Positions 20,397-29,497 of a stretch of DNA of 61,424 bases are shown here, piece after piece. The notes beneath the pieces are model-generated. The model saw only the letters and a list, made by a program, of their open reading frames with translations. It did not search any database and was not told the origin of the DNA. Position 1 is the first letter of the stretch. Each line of letters opens with the position of its first letter. Made by a program: the position numbers and the translations under genes. The stretch is taken from the NCBI GenBank assembly GCA_938091905.1, contig CALKOM010000036.1, forward strand, positions 1 through 61,424, in the 5' to 3' direction. The DNA is from an uncultured Verrucomicrobiales bacterium. GTDB taxonomy: Bacteria > Verrucomicrobiota > Verrucomicrobiia > Verrucomicrobiales > DEV007.

Positions 20397-21005
20397 TCAG
20401 CGCTTTCGTTTCTGCAGGGCTTCAGCGAGATAGAAGAAGCCTTTGAGCAGAAGCCAGACGACGAGGATGGCGATGGGGAAGCCGAGGAGGGCCCAGCGCT
20501 CGTAGGCTTCAATCCGCGTTAGGATAGTGCCGCCAAACGTGGTGGCGAAGCCCACTAAGATGGGTGTCCAAACCGCGCAGGCGATGCCCATGTAGAGGAT
20601 GAAACGTTTCCAGGGGTAGCCTAACATGCCGGCGGCGATGTAGGCGAGCATGCGTGTGCCGGGTAAAAATCGCGACGAGAGAACGAGGGCGCCGCCGTAG
20701 CGTTGGTAGAGGCTCTTTCCGAGATCGAGTCGCTTGGGGGTGACGAACCACGAGATGGGTGGGATCTTGATGATGCGTTCGCCCCACCACTTGCCCATGA
20801 GAAAGAGCCCGACGTCACTAATGATAATTCCTAACAGGCACCCATAAACGGCAAGAGCGAATCCGAAGGTGCCTTTGGCGACGAGGACGCCTGCGGTCAC
20901 GCACGCCAGGTCCTCGCTCGTCACAGTGGCGACGGCCAAGACGAGCAAGACCAATGCTGGCGATGAATCCGAGGCGGATTCCAGCCATGTGAGAAGGCTG
21001 TTCAA
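20397..21005 (-). CDS. DedA/VTT family membrane protein
   Basis: SEDLACVTAG, GIIISDVGLFLMG, SRFLPGTR..YIAAG motifs. Confidence 0.9.
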   Translation of the reverse strand: MNSLLTWLESASDSSPALVLLVLAVATVTSEDLACVTAGVLVAKGTFGFALAVYGCLLGIIISDVGLFLMGKWWGERIIKIPPISWFVTPKRLDLGKSLYQRYGGALVLSSRFLPGTRMLAYIAAGMLGYPWKRFILYMGIACAVWTPILVGFATTFGGTILTRIEAYERWALLGFPIAILVVWLLLKGFFYLAEALQKRKR

Positions 21006-21496
21006 GAGGAGCGACGACTTCCCTTTGATCCCTTGGGTGAGGCTGCACGTTCGCCGTGAATCCTAATTAGCTTAGAGGGTAAATTGCCTATTCCTAACAG
21101 TTTCTGAGCTGGAATGGAGTAGGGTTGCGCAATGTCCCGCTCGAAGCTTTGGACAAACATGCGTTGCATGTGATTTACGGCACTTTCGCTACCACCGTGG
21201 GTCGCTTGCTTCTTTGAAGCTGCTTGGTCGCCATCGTGGATCTTCTCTAGTTGGCGCACGAGCATGCGGCGCGCGAGAAAGCGGTTGAGAGCCTGACTGG
21301 TGGAGCGATAGCAGCGGATTTCTGTCTTAGATTCTTCGTGGTAGAGATGCACCGCGATCTGCGCCTGGCGTTTGCGCACACGACCGTGGTTTGGACAGAA
21401 GAAGCGCTCGACGAAATCGCTTTCCTGGAGTCCCAGCGTGTCCATGCGACGGCGAAGATCCTCGACTTTGCTAGGGCTGACTGGAAAACGAACCAT
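21002..21496 (-). CDS. Class I release factor (RF-1 domain/ArfB-like) homolog lacking GGQ
   Basis: PVSPSKVEDLRRRMDTLGLQESDFVERF...VHLYH...IRC...SQALNRFLARR matches the stand-alone RF-like family. The GGQ loop reads FCPNHGRVRKRQAQ. Confidence 0.75.
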   Translation of the reverse strand: MVRFPVSPSKVEDLRRRMDTLGLQESDFVERFFCPNHGRVRKRQAQIAVHLYHEESKTEIRCYRSTSQALNRFLARRMLVRQLEKIHDGDQAASKKQATHGGSESAVNHMQRMFVQSFERDIAQPYSIPAQKLLGIGNLPSKLIRIHGERAASPKGSKGSRRSS

Positions 21497-21530
21497 AGAA
21501 GTCTAGCGTTCCGTTACGAATGTGTGTGCG

Positions 21531-22952
21531 TCAATCTGTAAGCCGTGAGCGATACTCTGGGCGTTTCTTCCAAGCGTCGAAATGGTCAGTGTAAAGATCG
21601 GCTTTGTTCCAGTGCCTGGGGGTGGGGTTTTCGGGCAATACCTTGCCCTCAGGATAGTCTTTGCCCTCAATGCTGCCTCGCATGGAGACCAACCAAGCGT
21701 CCATGGCCAATTTCATGCGTTCTGCGATCTTGGGATTACCGTCATAGAGATTCTTGGATTCTTTCGGATCGTTCTCTAAATGATAGAGTTCGTAAGCCTT
21801 GGTTTGCTTGCCGGTGTGGAGTAGCTTGTAGGGATAATCGAGCCATCCCGTGTGTCCAAAGCAATGGAAGGGTATGGGCTTGGATCGTTCAAATGATTCG
21901 CCATCGAGTAGCGGGAGCAGGCTTTGTCCATCTTGGGGTGAAAGCATGCTTTCGTTAGGCAGGTCGACAATCTTTGCAATAGTTGGGAAGATATCCATCA
22001 CCACGGCGGAATACTTCGTGATGCGGCCGTTCTTGATCTTGGCTGGCCACTCAAGGATCCCAGGAACGCGTAGGCCGCCTTCATAGAGGCTGCCTTTGAA
22101 GCCACGTAATCCCCCGACTGTTTCTGGCGTGATCTTGGACAGGCCACCGTTGTCACTGCAGAACCAGACCAAGGTGTCTTCAGCAATGCCCGCCTTCTTT
22201 AGCCCAGAGCGCAGCGTGCCGATACTGCGATCCATGGCGACGAGTTCTCCGAAGTGGTTCTGTGAGTTCTTGTCTAGAGATGTGAAGGGAGCATTGTCTT
22301 CGTCCGAAGCTCGGAAGGGACTATGCGGCGTGCCGTACCAAATCACGGTGAAGGATGGTTTCTCGGCGTGGGCCTGCTTCTGAATAAATGATAGGGCTTC
22401 CTCCACAATGATCTCAGAGGAATCGCCACTGAATTCCACAAAAGTGCCTTTGCGGCTCATGACGGGATCTCGATCGAAGAAGTTTGTCACGGAAAGCCAG
22501 GTATCGAAGCCGAATTGGCCTGGGCCGTGAGTGTCATCGCCAAGGATTGGAACGCCAGGACCGCGGAGTCCATTGAGATGCCATTTGCCGAAATGTCCTG
22601 TGGCATAGCCGGCTTTCTTGAGTGCTTGGGCTAATGTGCGTTCTTGTTTTCGCAATGCGAAGCCATGGCTTTCGACGCCGGTGCGCATGTTAGATCGTCC
22701 GGTGAGGACACTGGCACGAGTTGGGGAGCAGACAGGAGCGGCAGCGTAAAACCGATCAAAGCGCAGCCCGTTTGCGGCCATCGCATCCAAGTTGGGTGTC
22801 TTCAAGACCGGGTGGTTGTTGTAGCCGGTCTGGCCCCAACCTTGGTCATCGGTCATGACGAGAACGATGTGAGGCTGCTCTGCTCGGCACGGCATCGATA
22901 AGAGAAGCGAGAATAGAAGGGCAATACGCATACTGGATCGTGGACGTTCCAT
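21531..22952 (-). CDS. Sulfatase (S1, Cys-type)
   Basis: MTDDQGWG, CSPTRASVLTG, GHFGKWHL, SDNGG; signal peptide. Confidence 0.93.
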   Translation of the reverse strand: MERPRSSMRIALLFSLLLSMPCRAEQPHIVLVMTDDQGWGQTGYNNHPVLKTPNLDAMAANGLRFDRFYAAAPVCSPTRASVLTGRSNMRTGVESHGFALRKQERTLAQALKKAGYATGHFGKWHLNGLRGPGVPILGDDTHGPGQFGFDTWLSVTNFFDRDPVMSRKGTFVEFSGDSSEIIVEEALSFIQKQAHAEKPSFTVIWYGTPHSPFRASDEDNAPFTSLDKNSQNHFGELVAMDRSIGTLRSGLKKAGIAEDTLVWFCSDNGGLSKITPETVGGLRGFKGSLYEGGLRVPGILEWPAKIKNGRITKYSAVVMDIFPTIAKIVDLPNESMLSPQDGQSLLPLLDGESFERSKPIPFHCFGHTGWLDYPYKLLHTGKQTKAYELYHLENDPKESKNLYDGNPKIAERMKLAMDAWLVSMRGSIEGKDYPEGKVLPENPTPRHWNKADLYTDHFDAWKKRPEYRSRLTD

Positions 22953-22989
22953 GTTGGACGATCAACCCTTCTCCTGATTGAATCGGTTT

Positions 22990-25900
22990 ATGCGTGCTGT
23001 TCTCGGTCTACTTTTTAGTCTCTTTCTGTGGCAAGGATCTCTTCTTGCTGAAGGAGATGGGCTCTTTCATCCCTTGCTTCCTGGCATCAACGCGGAGCCC
23101 TTGCCCGTCGATCTTCCCAACTGCAACAATGTCCTCTATCGGCATGACGGTAAACTGGTTGCTCTTGGCTATGCGGGTGATCTCTTTCTGCTCACTGATA
23201 CCGACGGTGATGGTGCGGAGGACCATGTGGAGTTGTTCTGGGAAAGCCAGGGAAAGATCACCGGACAGATTGGCATGGACTTGGCACCGAAGGGGAGCCC
23301 TCATGGAAACGCTGTCTTCCTTGCGGCCAAGGGAAAGATTCTCATGATCGCCGATCAAGATGGCGATGATCGGGCGGAGATCGTACAAACGTTAGCCGAA
23401 GGCTGGCCACCTGCTCGGGCGGGTGTGGATGTCACCGGACTGACGTTGGATCCTCACGATGGCTCGATTTGGTTTGGTCTCGGGGTCCGGCTTTACAACG
23501 ACGCCTACGAGATAGAGGAGACTGGAACGGCACAGAACGATCTTAGCAGTGAGCGTGGTAGTATTCTTCGCATTGCCCCCGATTTTAAGTCGCGCGAGAA
23601 GGTTTGCACGGGTATCCGCTGGCCGATTGCGCTACGTTTTAACCATTTAGGCGACCTCTTCTGTACAGATCAAGAAGGAGCCACTTGGTTGCCTAACGGA
23701 AATCCCTTTGATGAACTTCTCCATATTCAGAAAGGGCGGCACTATGGTTTCCCGCCGAGACATCCTAAGCATTTGCCTAATGTCATTGATGAGCCGAGTG
23801 TCTTCGATTACAGCCCACAGCATCAGTCTACCTGTGGGATGAATTTCAATGAGCCGGTGAATGGTGGGCCAGTTTTCGGTCCGGACTGGTGGCAAGGGGA
23901 TGCGCTTGTCATCGGGGAGTCTCGAGGGAAGCTCTACCGGACGAAGTTAGTTAAGACGGAGGCCGGCTATGTTGCTCAGAATGAGATCCTCGCCTGCTTG
24001 GGATTGCTCGCGATTGACGTTTGTGTCAGTCCTCGGGGCGAATTGCGTCTTTGCACGCACTCGGGAGATCCTGATTGGGGTACGGGACCCAAAGGGAAAG
24101 GTCAGATTTGGCGCATCGTGTATGACGCTGCGGCGACGCCTCAGCCGGTGATGACATGGCGAGATGGCCCAGATCGTGTGCGTGTGGCGTTTGATCGAGA
24201 CTTGCCGCCTAGCTTTCGTCTTGAGGAAACGCGTATCGACGCGAGTCCGAATGCGCGTGCTGGTGATCACCTTGAAACGATGCGGCCCCCCTACGAGGTG
24301 GTGAAGCGGCAGGTGGCGGAAGGCGGCAATGCGGTTCGTGTGGTGAGTCAGCAGACGACGTCTTTGTCTAACGAGTACACTCTGAGCACGGAGCTGGTTT
24401 CTGAACAGACTTGGTTCAGTATTGATGCCTCCCCGTACGCTGTACAAGCGAGTGCCGATGGCGTGAGCGCCACATGGGAGGAACCCGACGGGCAAGGCCT
24501 CACGCAGCGGTTGCCCCATTTGGATTTAGCGGTTTCACGAGAACTCACAAACGCGAGCGGCTCGCACGAAGCCTTTTATGAGAAATTGGCAGCCCGCGGC
24601 ACCCTCACGCTGGAGACTCAGTTGGATCTTTGGCAGATGCTACGACCAACCGTTCAGAAGGGGGCGCAGCTAGACTATCAGTATGAACCAGAGACGGTCA
24701 CCCTGTCTTTTGCGTCGACTTCGCATTCATTCGAAGCGGAGTTGGGAGGAAAGAAGCATGTGTCTTCTCGCGGCCATGTGTCGCACGATGTGAGTATCAC
24801 TGTGGAATCGCTGAAAGCTTGGTTGCCAATGAAGCTTATTCTGGGATTGGAAGGCGGGGGGATTCCGAATCTGACGGTGACTTGGTCAACCTTGGAGGAC
24901 CGTCGACCTCGTGCCCTCCAGTTGAGACGGTTTATTCAGCCTTGGGCATCGCCTGGTGATAAATTGGCGTCCGACTTTGTGCCTGCTCGCCCAGAGATTC
25001 AGGGGGGCAATTGGGCGCGGGGTAAGGAGATCTTCTTTGGTCAGAAGGCGCTTTGTTCTTCGTGTCATCAGCGAGGTAGTGAGGGGACGCATATTGGGCC
25101 CCACCTTTCCCAACTTGCGTTCAAAGACTATCATTCTGTTATGAAGGATATCCGAGAGCCTTCCGCCATGATCAATCCGGACTATCCAACACAGGTGATC
25201 GAACTGATGTCTGGCGAGTCTGTGATCGCTGTGCCTGTGGAGCAGGGCGACGGTTCAGTTCGGCTCGGTATAGGGCCGAATGTGGTTAAGGTGGTGGCCA
25301 AGAGAGACATCAAGACGGCTCGTCCAAAGGCTCAATCTCTTATGCCCGTGGGCCTCCTCGATGCTCTCACGGCTGGTGAGGTCTGCGATCTCATGACCTA
25401 TTTGCTCCATGAGCCACCGGTCATGCGCGACTACCCTTCGCTTCCGAGGGACGGGGTAGAAAAGGCGCCTTCACAGCGTTCACGTCAGGAGTTAGCCGCC
25501 GTGTTGGTCGGTGCGCCGTATCCTGCCTTGCCAACGCGTCCGATCAACATGGTACTCGTTGCTGGAAAGAAGGATCACGGCTTTGGAGAACACGACTATC
25601 CGCGCTGGCAGCATGTGTGGAGTCATCTTCTTGCCATGGCTGCAGATACTCAAGTGTCTACCGCATGGAAATGGCCGTCCCGACTTCAATGGAAGGAGGC
25701 TGACGTTCTCGTCTTTTTTAAGAAGGGAAACTGGTCCCCAGAACGAACGACACAGCTTAAGACGTTTGTTAGCCGAGGTGGGGGCGCGGTTTTTATCCAC
25801 TGGGCATGTGAAAGTGGGGGGCATGCTGCCGACCTCGCGAATATGCTAGGTCTTGCCAGTGATGCGGGGCAAACAAAGTACAGGCATGGGCTCATTGATC

Positions 25901-26235
25901 TCATGTTTGAGGGGGGGGCTGAGCATCCCATCACACGTGGATTTGAGACGACTCAGTTCCACGATGAGAGCTATTGGAATCTTGTCGGTGATCCTAAACG
26001 CTTGAATACGTTGGCCACGTGCAAAGAACACGGTGAGACCCACCCACTCTTCTGGACGCTAACGCCAATGGGAGAAGACCAAGGTCGAATGTTTGTTTCT
26101 ATTCCGGGACACTACTCTTGGACTTTTGATGATCCCCTCTTTCGAGTGCTTCTACTACGCGGAATTGCCTGGAGTGCTAAAGAGCCCGTCGACCGTTTTA
26201 ACAACCTGATTGAAGCAGGAATTGAACTTCGTTAG
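22990..26235 (+). CDS. PVC-type heme-c protein: beta-propeller, cytochrome c and C-terminal ThuA-like domain
   Basis: Signal peptide; DTDGDG propeller repeats, GIRWP...TDQEG, CSSCH heme motif with distal SLMP, ThuA-like AGKKDHG.GEHDYP...DESYW...GH. Confidence 0.85.
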   Translation: MRAVLGLLFSLFLWQGSLLAEGDGLFHPLLPGINAEPLPVDLPNCNNVLYRHDGKLVALGYAGDLFLLTDTDGDGAEDHVELFWESQGKITGQIGMDLAPKGSPHGNAVFLAAKGKILMIADQDGDDRAEIVQTLAEGWPPARAGVDVTGLTLDPHDGSIWFGLGVRLYNDAYEIEETGTAQNDLSSERGSILRIAPDFKSREKVCTGIRWPIALRFNHLGDLFCTDQEGATWLPNGNPFDELLHIQKGRHYGFPPRHPKHLPNVIDEPSVFDYSPQHQSTCGMNFNEPVNGGPVFGPDWWQGDALVIGESRGKLYRTKLVKTEAGYVAQNEILACLGLLAIDVCVSPRGELRLCTHSGDPDWGTGPKGKGQIWRIVYDAAATPQPVMTWRDGPDRVRVAFDRDLPPSFRLEETRIDASPNARAGDHLETMRPPYEVVKRQVAEGGNAVRVVSQQTTSLSNEYTLSTELVSEQTWFSIDASPYAVQASADGVSATWEEPDGQGLTQRLPHLDLAVSRELTNASGSHEAFYEKLAARGTLTLETQLDLWQMLRPTVQKGAQLDYQYEPETVTLSFASTSHSFEAELGGKKHVSSRGHVSHDVSITVESLKAWLPMKLILGLEGGGIPNLTVTWSTLEDRRPRALQLRRFIQPWASPGDKLASDFVPARPEIQGGNWARGKEIFFGQKALCSSCHQRGSEGTHIGPHLSQLAFKDYHSVMKDIREPSAMINPDYPTQVIELMSGESVIAVPVEQGDGSVRLGIGPNVVKVVAKRDIKTARPKAQSLMPVGLLDALTAGEVCDLMTYLLHEPPVMRDYPSLPRDGVEKAPSQRSRQELAAVLVGAPYPALPTRPINMVLVAGKKDHGFGEHDYPRWQHVWSHLLAMAADTQVSTAWKWPSRLQWKEADVLVFFKKGNWSPERTTQLKTFVSRGGGAVFIHWACESGGHAADLANMLGLASDAGQTKYRHGLIDLMFEGGAEHPITRGFETTQFHDESYWNLVGDPKRLNTLATCKEHGETHPLFWTLTPMGEDQGRMFVSIPGHYSWTFDDPLFRVLLLRGIAWSAKEPVDRFNNLIEAGIELR

Positions 26236-26253
26236 GAAGTTGATCTTTCTATT

Positions 26254-26490
26254 CTACTCAAAGTCACCCTTCACGAGTGAACGGCGCTCTCGTTGGCCGA
26301 GTTCTCGCGCTTGATTAATGACAGATTTCTGGTCGTCGATGAAACGGTAGGCGTGGCAGCTGGGGCAAGTTGTAGCCGTCGCAAGCACAATAGAATCGCA
26401 GCCGTCGCAGATCTTGTATTTGCTCGGGTCACGGACGATTTTGTCCGCCCGCGCTGCGCGGTCCTCTAGGCTATCATTTGCGTCTGCCAT
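26254..26490 (-). CDS. Small zinc-ribbon protein (78 aa)
   Basis: MADANDSL...YKICDGCDSIV...TCPSCHAYRF: two CxxC pairs. ATG at 26490. Confidence 0.72.
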   Translation of the reverse strand: MADANDSLEDRAARADKIVRDPSKYKICDGCDSIVLATATTCPSCHAYRFIDDQKSVINQARELGQRERRSLVKGDFE

Positions 26491-26671
26491 CTTATAAAGA
26501 TGGCCATTCCTGCGAGTGGATTCAAGCCTTTCCTTGTTGTTATTGAAAGAACTCTTAAAAACGATATTCACCAGTGCGAGTCGTAGTACTGAGCTGGATT
26601 TTTGAACCACTCAAATGGTTGGAAATCAACGAACCTTGAACGGAGTTCTACAAAGGTATTGGCTTATTTGC

Positions 26672-28255
26672 CTATGGTGTGTCCCCGGCAAATGGAGGTT
26701 TCTCGTAGGTGGTGCCATCTCCATTTACGCGTGGATCGCCTGAATTTCGAAGCGTAACCATCAAGCGCTTAGAAAGAGCCGTCTTGGTTCCGGCGTAGGT
26801 GGACTCACCCGCTACATTGGTCATCTGGTGAGGGTCCTTTCTCAAATCATAAAGCTCTTCAGCAGGCCGCTGGCCAAAGGCGATCTTGAAGAAACGGTCC
26901 ATCCCGGGATCTTCCCGGTGCGTGATGAGCCAGGCCTTCGTGGGACTACCATCGAGATCACCGAATGCGACGAACGTGTTTTCCCGCAGTTTCTCGTAGG
27001 GGGGCATCGGGCCTGCAGGTGCGCCCATCCCAGGTCCAGAGCCCATCGGCCAGCGCTCTGGTTTGAAGTTTCGGATGTAGAGGTAGTCTTTCGTGCGGAT
27101 GGCGCGTTGAGGGTAGGGGAGTTGCCCCGCGCGTGCTTTGGCCACGTGACGTTCTCTCCCGACGATGACGTGATCGCGGGTAACATCAATCGTGCCGCTT
27201 TTATCGGCGGTTAGTAGTGGCATGAGGCTGCGGCCACTCATTACGTCTAACGGTTTCTCGTTTGCGATGTCCAATAGGGTGGGGGCGACGTCGATCAGAT
27301 TAACAAAGTCCTCGACGAGGCGCCCTCCATTGGCAGCCTTCGGCAAACGGATGGCTAAGGAGACGGCGACGCCGAAGTCATAGAGATTGCATTTCCCTTG
27401 GGGCATCCCTGGGACCCCGTGATCTCCGCTTACTACGATGAGTGTGTTCTCGAGTTCACCACGGGATTCGAGTTCTTCAATGAGGACACCTAACATGGCG
27501 TCGAAAGCCTGCACCTCGCCGAGGTAATCGGCGAAGTCTTCGCGCACGACGGGTACGTCGGGAAGGAACGGTGGCACCTTGCCTTTGAGTCCATCGGGAT
27601 CGATGTTCCAGTGCCGTTTGCCCGATCCTTGAATCCACTTACGATGACAGTTGGTGGGACCAAACCAGTAGCAGAATGGCTCGCCATCCTTTCGATCCGC
27701 CATAAAGTCGGCAAAGTTTCCCCGAACAGCGTTGTATTGGCGTTCCTTGCCTTCGGTGATACTCGGAGCTTGCTCGACCTGCTGGGAAAACTGACTGAAC
27801 TTGGTGCCCTGACGATGATACGAGTTCTTCTTCCCACCATAGGGAGCGTCTCTGGGGGTGCCCGGTGTCCACACCTTCGCAGTGTAACCGATGTGATAGC
27901 CCGCTTTTTCTAGCAGAAGTGGAAACGACGGGATCTTTGAGTCCCATTTGGCACCTTGGAGGATAGCCCCTTGTCCCGTGCGCCAGAAATACTGGCCACT
28001 GAGCAGTGAACTTCGGCAGGGGGTGCAAGAAGGTGCCGTGACAAAAGCATTTCGGAAAAGGACGCCTTCTTTCGCAATGCGATCGAAGTTCGGCGTGCTG
28101 ACAAGGTCATTGGGACCGCCGGGTTCAAGTTGCCCATAGGCGCTGGCGTAGCGTCCCCAATCATCGGCGAACGCAAAGAGGATGTTAGGGCGTTCCTCCT
28201 GAGCCGCAATGCTGAGTGTGAGAAGGGCAGAAAGAACGAGGATGGACCATTTCAT
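26672..28255 (-). CDS. Sulfatase (S1, Cys-type; sulfamidase-like)
   Basis: [33 protein letters not shown]; signal peptide. Confidence 0.93.
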   Translation of the reverse strand: MKWSILVLSALLTLSIAAQEERPNILFAFADDWGRYASAYGQLEPGGPNDLVSTPNFDRIAKEGVLFRNAFVTAPSCTPCRSSLLSGQYFWRTGQGAILQGAKWDSKIPSFPLLLEKAGYHIGYTAKVWTPGTPRDAPYGGKKNSYHRQGTKFSQFSQQVEQAPSITEGKERQYNAVRGNFADFMADRKDGEPFCYWFGPTNCHRKWIQGSGKRHWNIDPDGLKGKVPPFLPDVPVVREDFADYLGEVQAFDAMLGVLIEELESRGELENTLIVVSGDHGVPGMPQGKCNLYDFGVAVSLAIRLPKAANGGRLVEDFVNLIDVAPTLLDIANEKPLDVMSGRSLMPLLTADKSGTIDVTRDHVIVGRERHVAKARAGQLPYPQRAIRTKDYLYIRNFKPERWPMGSGPGMGAPAGPMPPYEKLRENTFVAFGDLDGSPTKAWLITHREDPGMDRFFKIAFGQRPAEELYDLRKDPHQMTNVAGESTYAGTKTALSKRLMVTLRNSGDPRVNGDGTTYEKPPFAGDTP

Positions 28256-28303
28256 TTTTGCACCGTCCCAAGAACACGGTCGCTTGGAAAGTTCGAAGTT
28301 GAG

Positions 28304-29419
28304 TTACTCCTGGCCGAATTCCTTGATGAGCTGGCCCGCCACCTTATCACAGGCCGAGGAGCCTTCCTCTTGCCCCCTGTTGGTGGTGACGACCACAGCG
28401 ATTTCGCGTTCCTGGAGAATCCAGAGCGTGGCATACCACATGGTGTTGGAACCATTCATGACCAGGCAATGTCCGCCCATGTCTTTGCGGTCAAGCACGA
28501 GCCAGCCGCCGATACCGTGCTGGCCACTCGTGGGTAGAAGTGAGTTCAGCTTATCGAAGGAGGCGGCTTGTTGCAGTAGCTTGTCAGGTTTCCTTCGTAG
28601 GTGGAACTGAGCGAACTTCGCCCAGTCGATGATGTTGGCGTGAACGGTTGCCCCCGGTCCGATCGCGTCGGGGTTGTCTCTGCTAGGATTTGGTGGTACA
28701 GGCTTGCCTTGCTCGTCGTGTCCCCAGGGATGATCTAGCCGACGTGCGTGGCAGGGATCTCGGAAGCCTGCACTCTTCATCCCTAGTGGAGTAAAGAGTC
28801 GATCTTTTAAGAGGCTTTCCCAGGATTTCTTGGCTAGGGTTTCTAGCATTGTGCCAACGACGGCGTATCCTTGGTTCGAATACTCTGTCTTGGTGCCGGG
28901 GGGATAACTCGGTGCTTCAGACAGGATGGCTTTGAGAAAGTTCAGGCGTTGGGTGGGAGGTTTCTTTCTTCCCTGTTCGTCCCAGGCCTGCCTCCAGGCG
29001 GCTTCTGGCGGTTGCTTGGCGAGTCCACCGACATGAGCGAGCAGTTGCTCCACCGTAACGTTTTTGTAGTCTTCGTGGCATTTGTGAATCTGCTTTCCTA
29101 GCACCTCACCAATCTTCGTGTCCCAATCTAGAAGACCTTCTTCAATGAGGATCGCTGTGAGCGTGGCCGTCATCGGTTTCGTACAGGAACCGAGATGAAA
29201 CTTGTCTTGAAGCGAGACCGAGTCTTTCTTCCCTTGTCTTCGAATTCCTGCGGCACCGGATGCCCGGAGTTCTGTGCGAGAAACAGCGGCTGCTGCCAAT
29301 GCTGGTATCTCGGCATCTTTCAAGATTGCGTCGAGGTCAGAAGAGAGATCTCGAGGCGGCGCTGCTGCTAGTCCACCGACTCCAGTAATCCACGCAATGG
29401 TCGTCAGTAGAGCCCTCAT
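28304..29419 (-). CDS. Serine hydrolase, beta-lactamase/AmpC-like family
   Basis: FHLGSCTK (SxxK), LLAHVGGL, YSNQGY (YxN); signal peptide from MRALL. Confidence 0.9.
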   Translation of the reverse strand: MRALLTTIAWITGVGGLAAAPPRDLSSDLDAILKDAEIPALAAAAVSRTELRASGAAGIRRQGKKDSVSLQDKFHLGSCTKPMTATLTAILIEEGLLDWDTKIGEVLGKQIHKCHEDYKNVTVEQLLAHVGGLAKQPPEAAWRQAWDEQGRKKPPTQRLNFLKAILSEAPSYPPGTKTEYSNQGYAVVGTMLETLAKKSWESLLKDRLFTPLGMKSAGFRDPCHARRLDHPWGHDEQGKPVPPNPSRDNPDAIGPGATVHANIIDWAKFAQFHLRRKPDKLLQQAASFDKLNSLLPTSGQHGIGGWLVLDRKDMGGHCLVMNGSNTMWYATLWILQEREIAVVVTTNRGQEEGSSACDKVAGQLIKEFGQE

Positions 29420-29497
29420 GCTTGTAAACGATCGCAGGTTTTTAGGCAGGTCCAAGGAAATTGGTTTCCTGTCCGCCTCAGCAGCGTTTAGTTCCTG

